NCBI GenBank assembly: GCA_020536535.1
Contig: JAHLWZ010000496.1
Coordinates: 89,474-153,473, forward strand
Direction of reading: 5' to 3'
Source: Pelomyxa schiedti
Taxonomy: Eukaryota; Protista; Evosea
DNA length: 64,000 nucleotides
Positions 36,986 through 48,962 of the stretch are shown piece by piece. The stretch's first letter is position 1. Every line of letters starts with the position of its first letter. The translations under genes were made by a program, and so were the position numbers. The notes beneath the pieces are model-generated. The model saw nothing but the letters and a program-made list of their open reading frames with translations, searched no databases and was not told the DNA's origin.

Positions 36986-39464
36986 ATGTCGTCGCGAGGG
37001 AGCCTGCGGTCTCCGTCGTCAGCCGCCAACATTGATCCGCCACCGACACCCGCCACGAGTGGAATTATGGGACTTTCGACAGACAGCAACCCCAAAAAGC
37101 CTGTTGTTTGGCTGGACGCGTACGATAATCCCGTCGCTTCTATCCGTGCCTACTCGTGTCACGTTGCCATGGCCAGTGTTGATGACAACGCCGACAACAA
37201 TGTGCTTTTTTTTTTTTTTCATAAAATAAGAGGCAAACAATAAAAAAGGATACAATCTTTCCTTGTCTTACTTGCTCTTTAAGCTTTTGATTGCTGACAT
37301 GTCTCAAAAACTCAAAGTTTTTGCTAACACAGCACTTGTTCGTGAAATACCCCTTCTAGAAGTACCAGTTGCTCTTTGCACTTACTGTACCTTTTTTTTT
37401 TTTAATCGTTATCACCCTTTTTGTGCTCATTGTATTTTACACTCTAGATATGGACGACGATTCCATCCCTGGGCGACGGCCACCTGCAGTTGCTGTAGCA
37501 TGTGAAGATAGTGTTTATATTTACAAGTCCCTGCGCCCGTTTTCAAAATTCACGTTACCCCCGTTTCCTCCGTACCCTGCTGAATGCACTTACTGGGAAC
37601 AGGCATCAACTGGCCAGGTACTAGTACCATGCAATTATGTTAGGAAACCTCATTAATAGATTGATCCTGGCAAATTATCAGAGAAGCTTGTTGAGTTAAA
37701 GGCCAAGGGAGTGCACCTGTCTAGCAAGTCTCTTAATTTGTTACGTGTGTTCTTGGCTCACTCAACTTCTCTTCTCTCTTTTCCTGTGTGTTGGCTGGCT
37801 TTCTTGTAATTTCTCCCCGTGTCATCCTAATCCTCATTTAGGCATCGATGATGCCCTCCAGATGTTTCAATACGTAGAGGCGCACAAAGGACCCCTTCCA
37901 CACACACAAACATCCATTACATGTCTAGCTGTAATCAATAAGTGCAAAGAGGAAGAGCGCAGTGTTGGTTGTCTTGTTATAGGAACGGAGTCGTCACAGG
38001 TGCTTGTACTTGAACCCTCAGCTACCTCTATTCGAGGGAGATTCCAGCTGAAGGTGATTTGTCCTCTTCTACTTCCCACTTTAACAAAGTACAGGCTCCT
38101 CCTGTAGTTATGAACTGCACAGGGACACTTGATGTTGATTATAAAATTGTTGTAGCATGCCGCAACCAATGCGTATATATAATCTGTAATGGTGAACTTA
38201 CTGGAACACCCCTCGACTTGGATGCCCAAGCTGTTGGTGTGGTTATTGGAAGCAAATGTATAACCCCTATCCTTTGTTTTTCTACCTTAATTACTTATAG
38301 ATATTTTTGTTGGCTGTATGAATGATGTAGTATATGCTTTTCAACTAAGAGGCAGAAAAAGCCTTGCTTTAGTTATGCCTTGCGCCATTTCTTGGTTCGT
38401 ATCCTTGATCAATACTTGGACTGCTCATAAAACAACAGTTTAGAAATTTTGCACCACCAGATTACAAGCTCCAAAGCTCTACTTGTAGCACTATCAAACG
38501 GAGAAGTTCGGGTGTATAGTGATGTAAGTAAAACATTGCTTTCCACCATACAGATGCCGTCTGCTGTAACTGCAATGCGTTATGGCCAGTATTACGTCCT
38601 TTGTCAATATTCCTTCTATTAAAATGCAAGAGATATGGGAGAGAAAATGGCACCCTTGTACTTATAACAGAGAGTGGTGCTCTCTACGTCAAAATTTTAT
38701 CGAGAGTATCATCCAATCTTAGTTCTTCCGCTGGGATCCCGGCTCTTTCTCCAGAGCTTGAGGTTTCCCCCAAAGCCCATTTTGACACACTCACATTTCA
38801 ACTCTGAAACAATACCCAGGTACCTTTACCAATTCCCAAGAAGCACTCACTTTACATGGACCAAGTACACCGGGAAGTTGAGCAATCACCATCCATGCAC
38901 CGCACATTCCAGCGCGAAGTGTTCAAATTGCGCCTACAAACCACAAGGGCATTCGTCCAGGCATTCACAGAACAGCGCGGCCAGATATCATTCACCACCC
39001 CCAAAATAGCGTCACCACCCTCCACAGCGTCCTCCTCCTCATCGCCGCCATCAAATGCAACTGCGAGTGCAAGCGTAAGCACAATTGCAACTGCGGCCTC
39101 CACCCCAGTTGCAAGCCTGACGTCCGGGGCCGCGCTGTGGCTCGCGGCGCAAGTGCAGGGCCTGGGGCCCGTGTTCCACCTCAAGCTCACGGTCGAGAAC
39201 GCGGGCTCGCAGGCGGCGCACAACGTCCCGGTGGCTATATCCCACGACCTGCACGCGTACAGCATCCCGCGGACCTTCTTCGAGATACCGGTGCTGCTGC
39301 CCGGGACGTCGCAGCGGCTGGAGTGCAAGGTGCAGTGCCTGGACCAGCGCCGCGCCGCCACGTCCCCGATCACGGTGTATGTGTGTGGGTCCCAGGCATC
39401 CACGGTCCCTGTGGTGAGTGCTGTTGTGGAAATGCCTGCCGCCGCCCTCCTGCTCCTGGGGTGA
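36986..39464 (+). CDS. BBS1: BBSome subunit BBS1
   Basis: WLDAYDNPVASI, ITCLAVINKCKEEERSVGCLVIGTES, GTLDVDYKIVVACRN, ALSNGEVRVY, MRYGRYGRE-like/GTLVLITESGAL, YQFPRSTHFT-region followed by MHRTFQREVFKLRLQTTRAFV, LAAQVQGLGPVFHLKL, C-terminal PVVSAVVEMP. Confidence 0.85.
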
Positions 39465-39603
39465 ATGACCACTGCCGTGTATGTTACACAGCTATAAAAT
39501 TACCCAGACGAAAGGTCATTGTGTACTTTGTCCGATTCGGTCCCCTTCCTTTTTTTGAGATGGGCTTTGCTAACAGATCGCCATTTCCAAAAAAAAAAAA
39601 ACC

Positions 39604-39954
39604 GTGGATGTCGGGCAGTTGTCGTGTGCCCCGTATGGCGCCGTCATTGGCCAGAACGCGACCGACAAACCCCTCACCGTGCCCATAAGTTACTCCGAAG
39701 CGCTTGTTTGTCCTGTCGAGCTGCCCAGCTGCATCGCCAACAAAGTCCGAGTTCCTCTCGATCCGGTACACAACGAAGCAATGTGGAAGTACTTGAGACC
39801 GAGGTTGGCGCGACACTTTGGCGTCGTCGATCTCCCCCGCGGCAGCGACGTCGTAGTTCGTTACAACATTTCGCGGATGTATACTAATTACCCCTTCTCT
39901 CTTGACGAAATTGCGCAAGGACATGGACGTTCTCAGGACGAAGAGGTGTCCTGA
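39604..39954 (+). pseudogene. GC3-rich ORF fragment with no ATG, ending inside the palindrome
   Basis: Third-position C/G bias in the frame DVGQLSCAPYGAVIGQNATDKP...; no start codon or homology recognised. Confidence 0.3.
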
Positions 39955-40023
39955 GAACGTCCATGTCCTTGCGCAATTTCGTCAAGAGAGAAGGGGTAAT
40001 TAGTATACATCCGCGAAATGTTG
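39864..40023. repeat. Perfect 76-bp inverted repeat with 8-nt loop (fold-back palindrome)
   Basis: 39864-39939 (CAACATTTCGCGG...TTCTCAGGAC) is the exact reverse complement of 39948-40023; spacer GAAGAGGT. Confidence 0.97.
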
Positions 40024-41150
40024 CAGGAAGCCTACTTACAACTGCCAGAACTGCAAAGAAAACAGAAACGGAACTGTATGTTATCAATTACAATCAACAT
40101 TTACATTAAAAGCTACATTTTAGTCTAAGAGACGTGTTAGAAGCTGAGAAAAAAGGTATCTATCCTTCCCTCACAGATTGATAACATTTTCCAGCAAGGA
40201 AAGCTGACGAACGATTAAGTAGAGCAAGAAAAAAGTGTGATGACTGTCATTTCAAGGTATTTTTTCGAACAGTAAATCACAAACCCTACCCAAAACCAAC
40301 CTTTCAAACAGAATGAACTAGATGAACATTGCGAGGTATTCCACACAAATATTACTTTCAAGAAAAGTTCATGGAATAATAGATGCACAAATTAGAAATA
40401 GCTGAACTTCGACAGCAGCTTCAACAGTTCCAGAAAAAGCTCGAGGCACAAGAGCAACAGTTCCAGAAAAAGCTCGAGGCACAAGAGCAACAGTTCCAGA
40501 AAAAGTTCGAGGCACAAGAGCAACAGTTCCAGAAAAAATTCGAGGCACAAGAGCAACAAGTACAAGTTCTAGAGTCAACACTCCAGGTATATTTCTTAGA
40601 TACCTTCTACTTTTCTAATTTCTTTTAACAGACATTGACTATTCTGAATCTCTCAGCTGAAATATTCAAAAACCCTTATGGAGATTGCTCACAAGATAGC
40701 TCCTACGGCACCAAAATGTTGTTTCCCTTTTTCACAGATATTTATGTCTAAGGCATTTTACCACGTCAGGGGCACCTGTTTACTACCAAGACTGCACTAC
40801 TTTCAAGCAAATATGGGCGGAAGTATACTCCTCCACTGTTGCAATGTTTGATAAGTTGATGGATAAAAAGAACGAACGAAATATGCAGGTAAATAATAAT
40901 TGAGCTGGGGAAACCAATCATAATGATAGCATGTAAATCTCACAGTGGCATGGGGTCCCTTACCAAAATGCTATTGACACCATAAATAAGGCAACGGTTT
41001 TGGAGGAAGAGGATCGGCGTGTACTGTTGAATCTTCTTACTTCAATTAAACACTAGTTGAAGAAGAAAATGGTGAGGGAATAGGGATGACCAACATTAAC
41101 CCAAAATAGGATATTATGTTGAACATCAGCCTGCTCGATAGCACCTGTGG
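39963..41150 (+). CDS. Hypothetical multi-exon Cys-containing/coiled-coil protein, 5' end probably lost at the palindrome
   Basis: GT-AG introns delimit exons reading ...YNCQNCKENRNGT, LHFSLRDVLEAEKK, RARKKCDDCHFK, then the QQFQKKLEAQE repeats; the 3' extent is uncertain. Confidence 0.4.
40422..40559 (+). repeat. Coding minisatellite: 33-nt unit x4.2 encoding (QQFQKK[L/F]EAQE)
   Basis: Unit CAACAGTTCCAGAAAAAG[C/T]TCGAGGCACAAGAG repeated head-to-tail with 1-2 substitutions. Confidence 0.95.
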
Positions 41151-41481
41151 ACAGATACTTTTCAAAATGCAGATCGTTTTGTAAACTCTGTGGCGAAAAG
41201 AATAAGTGAATGTTCTTTAGAAGTAGCTTTTTCCTTCATATCTTTCGTGTCCATTGTCAGCTGATGCTGATGGGTGCGTGTTTCTTATTGGGTAAGATCC
41301 CCGAATCGTTTGGGAAAGGGAAAAAATCCCGGGGAGAATGACTCTCCTCGGTCTTTTTGATGGTGAGGGGAAGCAGCAACGAACAACCATCACTGTTTTT
41401 GGTACGCTCGATCAATTGTCTGACTATTGGTTGTAGTCTCCCCCCAAAGGGAGTCAACAGCACTGACAGCAACACCACAAA

Positions 41482-42717
41482 ATGGCAGCCACAACAGGCC
41501 ACAAAATCCTCATCGCCACCGAGAAGCCATTCGCCAAGGGAGGTTGCCCAGAAGGCCAACTACCCAGTTGCACTTCTTGAGAACTACACTGCTCCCGATC
41601 AACTCTACGCCGCTATTGCTGATGCCGAGGCTGTAATCGTTTGAAGTGACAAAAGTGTGTGTTTTGCTAGCTTCACTTTTTACTCCACCAGCAACAAAAC
41701 CAATGCGATTCATAATTTATAATTATTTTATATTATAAAATGTAGCCTACATATGGCTTGTTGTTGTGCCTTGGCGAGTGACTTACTGACTGAATGCAGT
41801 TACCCCCGAATTGCTCACACGCACCACAGCTTAAGATTGTGGTCAGAGCCGGAGCTGGTGTTGACACCATCGACCTCAAGGCATGCACAGCCCGCGGAAT
41901 CGTCGTCATGAACACCCCTGGCCAGAACTCCAACGCAGTCGTCGAAATGTGCTTCGGCCAGATGATCACGGTTGCCAGTGGATGGTGGCAGGTAACTTTT
42001 TCTATCGAAATATAGAATGCAAACAGAGGCCTCAGACTTACCTTGTTTCCAGGGAAAGCCCGGCCGGGACTGAGCTCCGCGGCAAGCAGCTCGGCCTTCA
42101 GGCATACGGCAATGTCGGCAACTACATGGCCATGATTGCAAAGGGATTCGGCATGAAGGTCATGGCGTTTTACCCATTCGTCACCCCCGCCCGAATGGCT
42201 GAGGATGGTGTTTTGGCAGCAGAGTCACTTGCCCAGCTTTACGCCCAGTGCGACTACGTCTCCATCCACACACCCCTTACCCCAGAGACCCGCGGATGCG
42301 TTAACTGGGAGCTCCTGTCAACAATGAAGCACGGTGCCTGCCTTGTCAATTCTGCCCGCGCTGAAGGTTCCTCTCCCTTTCCCCCCAGTACTTCCTTTCA
42401 CCCACACTAAACTCCATACACAGTCATTGACGAAGCCGCGCTCATCAGAATGCTCGAGTCACGCGCCGACTTCAAGTACGTCGCTGATGTTGCCCCAAAG
42501 AACGCCAAGGACCTCGAGGCCAGATTCAAGGTCTGCGTCTGCTTCACCGCTGCCAAGATGGGAGCTCAGGTTTGTCTCTCCGAACCCCCACAATTATGTC
42601 TACTTTGGTGCTAATTGTTGTTTCAGGAGGCTAACACCAACTCTGGAATTGCTGCTGTTCGCGAAATCGTCGACTTCTTCGAAGGGTGATGTCAGGTGCC
42701 AAGTCAACAGAAGTTAA
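41482..42717 (+). pseudogene. serA: D-3-phosphoglycerate dehydrogenase (Bacteroidetes/Entamoeba type, Lys catalytic) pseudogene
   Basis: KILIATEKPFAK, LKIVVRAGAGVDTIDL, VMNTPGQNSNAVVE, GTELRGKQLGLQAYGNVG, KMGAQ, EANTNSGIAAVREIVDFF; disrupted by a frameshifting deletion ~41539, in-frame TGA 41642-41644 at a conserved Arg, and frameshifts at ~41817, ~42060 and ~42682. Confidence 0.85.
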
Positions 42718-42832
42718 ACGAAAGATAAAAAAGAAACATTAGTTCCTATCCTTTTTTTTTCCCTTCTTCTTTCAAAAAAACGCATTTTGTTTGTCTCTAG
42801 AATGGAACACAGTTTGTGATTTAATCCTCTCT

Positions 42833-45800
42833 TTAGGAGGAGCTCGTGGGGTGTGAAAATTGTGTGGCAGACTCAAGGAACGATTGTTCTGTTGGTTGAA
42901 AGTTAGTTATGTTCTGGGTGCAATAGTAAAAATGAACCTTTTTCATCAGAGACTTTGAGAAGCTCGCGTAAGTGGACTTCTTCTTCACTAAGCTTTTCTT
43001 TGAGGGCTGGTATCTCAAAGAGGTCCTCTAGTTCCTGAACGGAAAGTGCGCTTACCTGAAGAAAAGAGTGGGTGGGACTAGTTTTGTCTTCTGAAGGTAA
43101 GTTACCTTCCCGTGTAAGTGAGACCACAAATCAGTGTGCATAGGAACGAAAAAGAAATTGTAGAACTTAAGCAGGAGGTTGTGAGTCATGCGGTTCTTTA
43201 GTCTGCCAAAAAGCGTTTTGGCAAGGTCGGCCACATTTTCTATTCCAACCCCAGATACAGGGTTGTTTCTAATATTTTCCTCAGTAACGAAAAAAGTGGA
43301 GGGAAAGAGAAATACTCTGCTAAGTCCCAATAGACAGTCTGAGGTGACGGTATTAAAACGGGGGGGAAAAAAAAAGGTATCCAACCTTTGTGGAGAAAAA
43401 CTCATCCAAACATTTTGCCTTGCACTTAGAAGCACACTCGTCAACAAAACTGGAGAAAAGATCCTGTAGAATGCTGAGAAATTGAAGCTGTGCGTTATGT
43501 GTACCCTGCAGAAGTGCTTGAAATATGGGAACTGATCAATGTCAGATACAGCAGCAACTCTTTACAAGGTTATGAAATAGATAAGATAAAAGCCAATTTA
43601 ATACCTTTTTTCGGAGCCAGCTGCAGATGGCTTTCGTTTTCTTGCCGCTTGTATCTGCTCAGCTATTTCGTACAACCTTTTGATTATAAAAACGCCTCTT
43701 TCTCCAAGCTGATTTATGAGTGGCACAAAGGCGTCATGTGTTTTTTGTCGTGCAAGATCACTGGCCTTTTGTTGAGTGAGATTCAGATCTGTTTTACTCT
43801 TTCAGAACCCACTTACCACCCAAAGATAATTTGGCAAGTTGTGTGTCTTGGGGATCCCACTAGCACTTGCTACATCATCTCCATTAATATCACTTATTGC
43901 AATATGATCCGACACAGTTTTGAATTCTGGCGACGTTAAACACCTGTTGGGCACCAGACAAACAATACCTTCAAGAAGTCGTTCAAACTGTTGGCCACCA
44001 TACAATTTGTTCTGCCAGAAGGGGATATTCCACTCACTGGCAAATACGGTTATAGGTACACCAGCAGAATCAGTCCATTGTGCAGAACCTTTTGTTTCTC
44101 AGAGTGCAAAAGGATTGATTGAGAAGTTACTTACCACCACATTCAGCTTTTTCTTGATCAAGAGTTTGCCCACAAATACCTGGATTCCCTTCAGCTGTTC
44201 CCGTCAATAATTTTTCAACAATCTGCACCTCGATTATATTTCTTGAAGAACCAAAACTTCAGGGGAACGGAATAGGGATTGCACCTTGAGAATGTCAACA
44301 ACATAATTTGTAGCAGCTACTCTCAAGTAGTTTGCATCAAGTGAGTCTTGCTCTCGTTGCAACTGCTCCAGAAGCTTCTCATGTTCTGCCTTCTGTATCC
44401 TTGCATGCTTTAGAACACCAGGGATATTTTCCTGGTGTGACTTCCAAATATTTGAAAGAAGTTGCTTAGTAAATGCCGGTACACCAATTGATTTTTGGTA
44501 TCTAGAAGAAGTTAAAAATTGGTATAAATGAAAATTCCAACCTTTTATCATACTGCAGCTGCTCCAATAAGAGCATGTCACGACGATTAGCTTGCAGAAC
44601 GGCTTGCATGAAACTTTCTGGCTCGTGCATAGTGTGCAGTACTGAAGCCGGCGGCAGGGTGACGAAATATGTTTTAATTTCTTGGGGAATAAGACTAAGG
44701 TGCTTATTGACAGCTTTGCTCACTTGGAAGCTCTACAACATTAGCTAAAAGCCAAAAAAGAAATTACACAAACCTGGAGTTGAGTGTAAAAACGTGTGTA
44801 AACAAATGTAGTTCTAGTCAAGTCTGGATCAGATTTTTTAACAAAGTCGATGACATAATCAGCCATGACTGGAATTGAGGCATCAGTACTTGGGCGTACC
44901 AGTACAATAGAGCGGTTCGTCGGTTGAATGAGCTGTAAACAACTCTTTAGGCGCAAACAGATCACCAAGAGTCTATTACTTTGTTGACAATTGATTCTAT
45001 TTGTTTGCCTTGGGGGTCACTTGGGTCAAGTGACAATCCAGGGGTATCAATCAAGATCATGTTGATAAATTGCTTGTGCTCATACTGCAGAACAATAGGC
45101 TCGTCAGATAGAACCTAGAAAGATGTTTAATGCAATTTTCGAGCAGTTGCTCCTGGAATACTTTGTTCCTTGCTTGTATCTGGGCAGGGAGTTCTTCAAC
45201 CAACACTTCAATATCCTTGTCGAACTCAGGAAGAAGGGTGTCTCGCTTTAGCACGCATTTTGGCTTGTAACACGTTTGGTTGTTGATGATATTTATTTGC
45301 AGTGGCCGTTTTGTTCCTTCACCTGTATGATGGTAAAAAGTGGTTTTGTAGTGCGTTTTGGAAACCTGTAGTATTATTGAAATAGTGCCCAATGAAACAC
45401 TCCAGGAGTGTAGACTTTCCATGACCCTTTGGACCAACAAATACAATCTCTGGGGTTGGAATGGGGATGTTAACCCTACTTAGAAGTAAGTTGGTCTAAT
45501 AGATGAGTTCGAGTACTACTCTCGTGCAAATGACAGAAGTTTGGAGAATGCTGCACAAACATAGACAGGGAGTTGCTCTGCTTGATCAGCGGCTTCTAGT
45601 TTGATTCCCTCCAAGGAAGCAACTTCAGCTTGTTCAGCAAGTTCGTGAGCAGCAACCTTTTCAATACCATTTCCGCTTATTATAAAGATGCAACAAGTTG
45701 TGATTTCATACAGAGGCACGATTGTCGAGGTGAACCCTCTGAGTCTCAACAAGCAATTTTCGTTTCCTGTCCTCTTGCGTCTCTTCGTCCACCTTACATG

Positions 45801-45935
45801 CGTAACTACCCAACGCTGAAAAAAAAAAAAGTACCGGTGGTGTCCGAGACACAAGTGATGCACCTTGTTGAGGTTTCAGATATCGTTGGTCACGAAATGT
45901 GGAACTATACCTAACAATGCTCGTTTACCCGACAT
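42833..45935 (-). CDS. Dynamin-related GTPase of the Dlp/DRP5A (cytokinesis) type
   Basis: PEIVFVGPKGHGKSTLLE (G1), TKRPLQINIINN (G2), MILIDTPG (G3), DPDLTRTTFVYTRF, KLYGGQQFERLLE. The start codon is tentative. Confidence 0.85.
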
Positions 45936-46161
45936 GTGCCCTTGTGCGCTCCTTTAGATTTTGGGTTTTGCCTTTTAGAGGGTGAAAAATAAAAAAAAAC
46001 CCTTTGATCTTGGCAGTTTCGAGGTCTTTTCACTGCGAGAGGTCATACCAGCTTCCCCACCAACGGACATACGACCACAGCGATAGAATCAAGCAGGACA
46101 ATTGTCAGATTTCCTCACAATCTCCAGAAAGAAATAAAAACGGAATAACGGTTCGGCGCCG

Positions 46162-47274
46162 ATGCAGCACGTCGTCGCCAAAATTTCGTCGGTGGCGCAA
46201 TTTGTCGCCTTTGCGCTGTGCACACACGTGCGCTGCGGGGCCCTAAGCTCCGCTCGCGTGCTGCCCAACCCGGTTGTGTGCTGCATTGGCCGTAAGTGGA
46301 TTATGGGCGGATCCTTAGTCGTTCTCGGTGACAAAGGTGGGACTGTCTTTGGGTACGCTCCCGTGATCTTGAGGATATCAGAGACCCTCGGTGTGTCAGT
46401 GCCCAATACCCCTGACTCGGTTATGGGAGGACTGATTGACTGCAAAGTTCTTCGGGTTGTGGGCCATTTGGCCTTGGTCTCAGGCTTCAGGATTTCGAAC
46501 TCAGAACGTTACGTTGGGCTGGTAGATCTAAAGACCGGGAAAAAATTCTCTCAGTTCAGCCCAAAGGTAGAGCTTGGCAGTGCGATTTTCAACGAGACGT
46601 GGATTGTGGGATCCGGATTCCATGGCACCTTTTTGCACATAAGTAAAAAGGATGATGAAGAATTCGTCCCAAGCCCTGGGGGTGTATTAGTTCCCATCAA
46701 ATATTCATGTTCTATTACAGCCCTTTTGGATATGCAGTGGGACGCTTCAAAACCTAACACTTTGATTCTCGCACTTAAGACTTGGAGTGTGTACCACTGT
46801 GTTTCATTCTTGGAAGTGAATATCCAGCAGAGTTATGACACCCAACAACTTACTGCTATTAGTGTGCCTTTCTCAAGTATACCTTACGACCTGCCAACTC
46901 CCATTTGTTTTGGTACCCAGCACATACTGTCAAAGTGGAAAACAACTGTGCTGCACATTCGCACCACCACCGGCACCAACACCCAAATTTTCTCCTCTAC
47001 CAGTGACATTATGCTCAACAAGCTGGGCCCCATGCATTTTGCCATTTGCGCAAAGGATCAGATACATGTCTATGAGCTCCAAGTCGACTCAAACAACTGC
47101 GCCCTGTGCTTTACCTGCTCTTCACGCAGTGCATTTCTCGTTCCCCCACAAAATGCAGTTCATGGACCTGTGATTGTTCTCGTTGCATCTCCTGAAGTTA
47201 TATTGGAACAGTCACACTACGCTGAGATATTAGACATACACTCAGGGGCCATTGTAGCATCAATTACTTCCTAG
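46162..47274 (+). CDS. Intronless 370-aa hypothetical protein, same family as 1691..2812
   Basis: Long ORF; shared N-terminal QFVA...RCG..S..R.L motif and beta-strand-rich body. Confidence 0.7.
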   Translation: MQHVVAKISSVAQFVAFALCTHVRCGALSSARVLPNPVVCCIGRKWIMGGSLVVLGDKGGTVFGYAPVILRISETLGVSVPNTPDSVMGGLIDCKVLRVVGHLALVSGFRISNSERYVGLVDLKTGKKFSQFSPKVELGSAIFNETWIVGSGFHGTFLHISKKDDEEFVPSPGGVLVPIKYSCSITALLDMQWDASKPNTLILALKTWSVYHCVSFLEVNIQQSYDTQQLTAISVPFSSIPYDLPTPICFGTQHILSKWKTTVLHIRTTTGTNTQIFSSTSDIMLNKLGPMHFAICAKDQIHVYELQVDSNNCALCFTCSSRSAFLVPPQNAVHGPVIVLVASPEVILEQSHYAEILDIHSGAIVASITS

Positions 47275-47354
47275 CCCCACTACACTTTTTTGAAAGACTC
47301 CGTACCCAAACTGCTACAGAAAACAAATTTGAATGCATTTTACAGAATTTCATC

Positions 47355-48565
47355 CTAGAAACACTTACGGTGAACAATAGCGGGTCCCGATTCCTCATAC
47401 TCAGAAAGTGCAATCCACATTGCCTGAAATGTACTGAGCGAGGCTAGAATTGAGCCACCAATCCAAGCCATGTACTTTCTCTCTGGTGGTGCAATCATGC
47501 GCACTTTCATTACTGTGGGTGCCAGTATTTCCATCTCCTTGAGCATGCGCTCTGTAAATCCTGGGAACATGGCTGTGCCGCCAGATAGTACGACGCTCCC
47601 GTAAAGCTCCTTTCTTATTTCAATATCACACTTATTAATGGATGAATACAGGGTCTCAGGAACACTGAGGCACTCCATTCCCAGAAGTGATGGCTGGAAT
47701 AGGGGCTCTGAGCACTGGAACCGTTCACGTCCCAGTTTAATGACTCTTCCATCTGGTAACTCATAATCCCGATTTATAGTTTCCGACTCCGAAGCAATCT
47801 TCATCTCGGCCTCAAAGTCTGCGGCAACATAGCCCAGAGTATCCTTCATATTAGCAACTAAATACCTCTCAGCAGTGGTGGTGAAAGCTTCACCCCGATC
47901 ATTGAGAATCTTCATCAAATAGTCAGTCAGGTCGCGCCCTCCAATGTCCAGCCTGAGAAGAGCGTGTGGGAGTGCATACCCCTCATACACCGGAATCGTG
48001 TGAATGACTCCGTCCCCGGTCTCCACCACTGTTCCCGTGGTTCTGCCTGCTGTATAGAGTGAAAGTACACCCTGAAGCATCGTGTAGAAACCCGGCACGC
48101 GGAACTGCTCGAACATTATCTGTGTGGCCTTCTCTCTGTTGGCCTTAGGACCAACCGGGGCCTCGGCAAGAAGCACGGGGTGCTCCTCGGGGGCCACGCG
48201 AAGTTCGTTGTATAACGCGTGATGCCACAAGCACTCCATATCATCCCAGTTTGTAACAATTCCGTGTTCAACTGGATACTTCAGGGTCAGAATTCCCCTC
48301 TTTGAAATAGCTTCATCACCAACATACACGTCTTTTCCGTCTGTTGCTCTCTGCCTTGGCCTCCCCACAACTGCCTATACACCATACAAGTAAAAACAAT
48401 ATCCAGTAGTGGTTATGTCAATTTTGACAGGTACACAATAGAAACATAGAAATAGTGGCGCACAGGAAACACGGCCCGCGGGGCGTCGTCGCCTGCAAAA
48501 CCAGCCTTGGTGTTGCCTGATCCGTTGTCAATAACCAACGCTGCAACGGGAATCTCTCCAGACAT
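47355..48565 (-). CDS. ACT: Divergent actin
   Basis: [76 protein letters not shown]; one intron ~48375-48468. Confidence 0.95.
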
Positions 48566-48962
48566 CCGAATCTGATAAATGTCTAACCGAATCGCAGCAA
48601 CCGTCACTAAATCTGATCTGCGTCTCTTTCAGTGAAAACTGGACTAAGTTGGTATCAGAAACTGATCAGTCTGGCCATTCCCAACGGAACCAGGAAAGGA
48701 ACGTTACAGTGTTAGTGCAGCTATTCCCTGAGAAATGGGCGGTCCAGCGTGGAGCTCCCCAGGTCTCAGATGCCATCTGATTGATGTGAAAATCCACTCT
48801 GAGAATTAGAACAGAATTCCTTCCAAGTTCGGAACGCGCCCGCGGGCTTATAACGGCTGAAAATGCCACAGCATTACTCCAACAAAAAGCGAAGTAGGAA
48901 AGCGACTTAGAAGCGAGCGTAGGAAGTACAACGTAAACTATTCGCCCCCAACAATAAGAACA

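Noticed and set aside
38399-38438. U12-type donor GTATCCTT in a BBS1 intron
   Set aside because: Only the upstream GTTCGT donor (38395) keeps the frame (AISC-LEILHH); no U12 branch point near the 3' end.
40422-40559. 33-nt repeats as a CRISPR array
   Set aside because: Head-to-tail with no spacers, in-frame coding, eukaryotic context, no cas genes.
41642-41644. In-frame TGA at a conserved Arg in PGDH suggesting stop-codon reassignment or selenocysteine
   Set aside because: TGA terminates intact genes here (NifS, BBS1, transglutaminase, synapsin), and the same gene has several frameshifts, so it is a pseudogene lesion.
41712-41751. AT-only double palindrome in a PGDH intron
   Set aside because: Short arms (6-8 bp) in pure A/T sequence are expected by chance.
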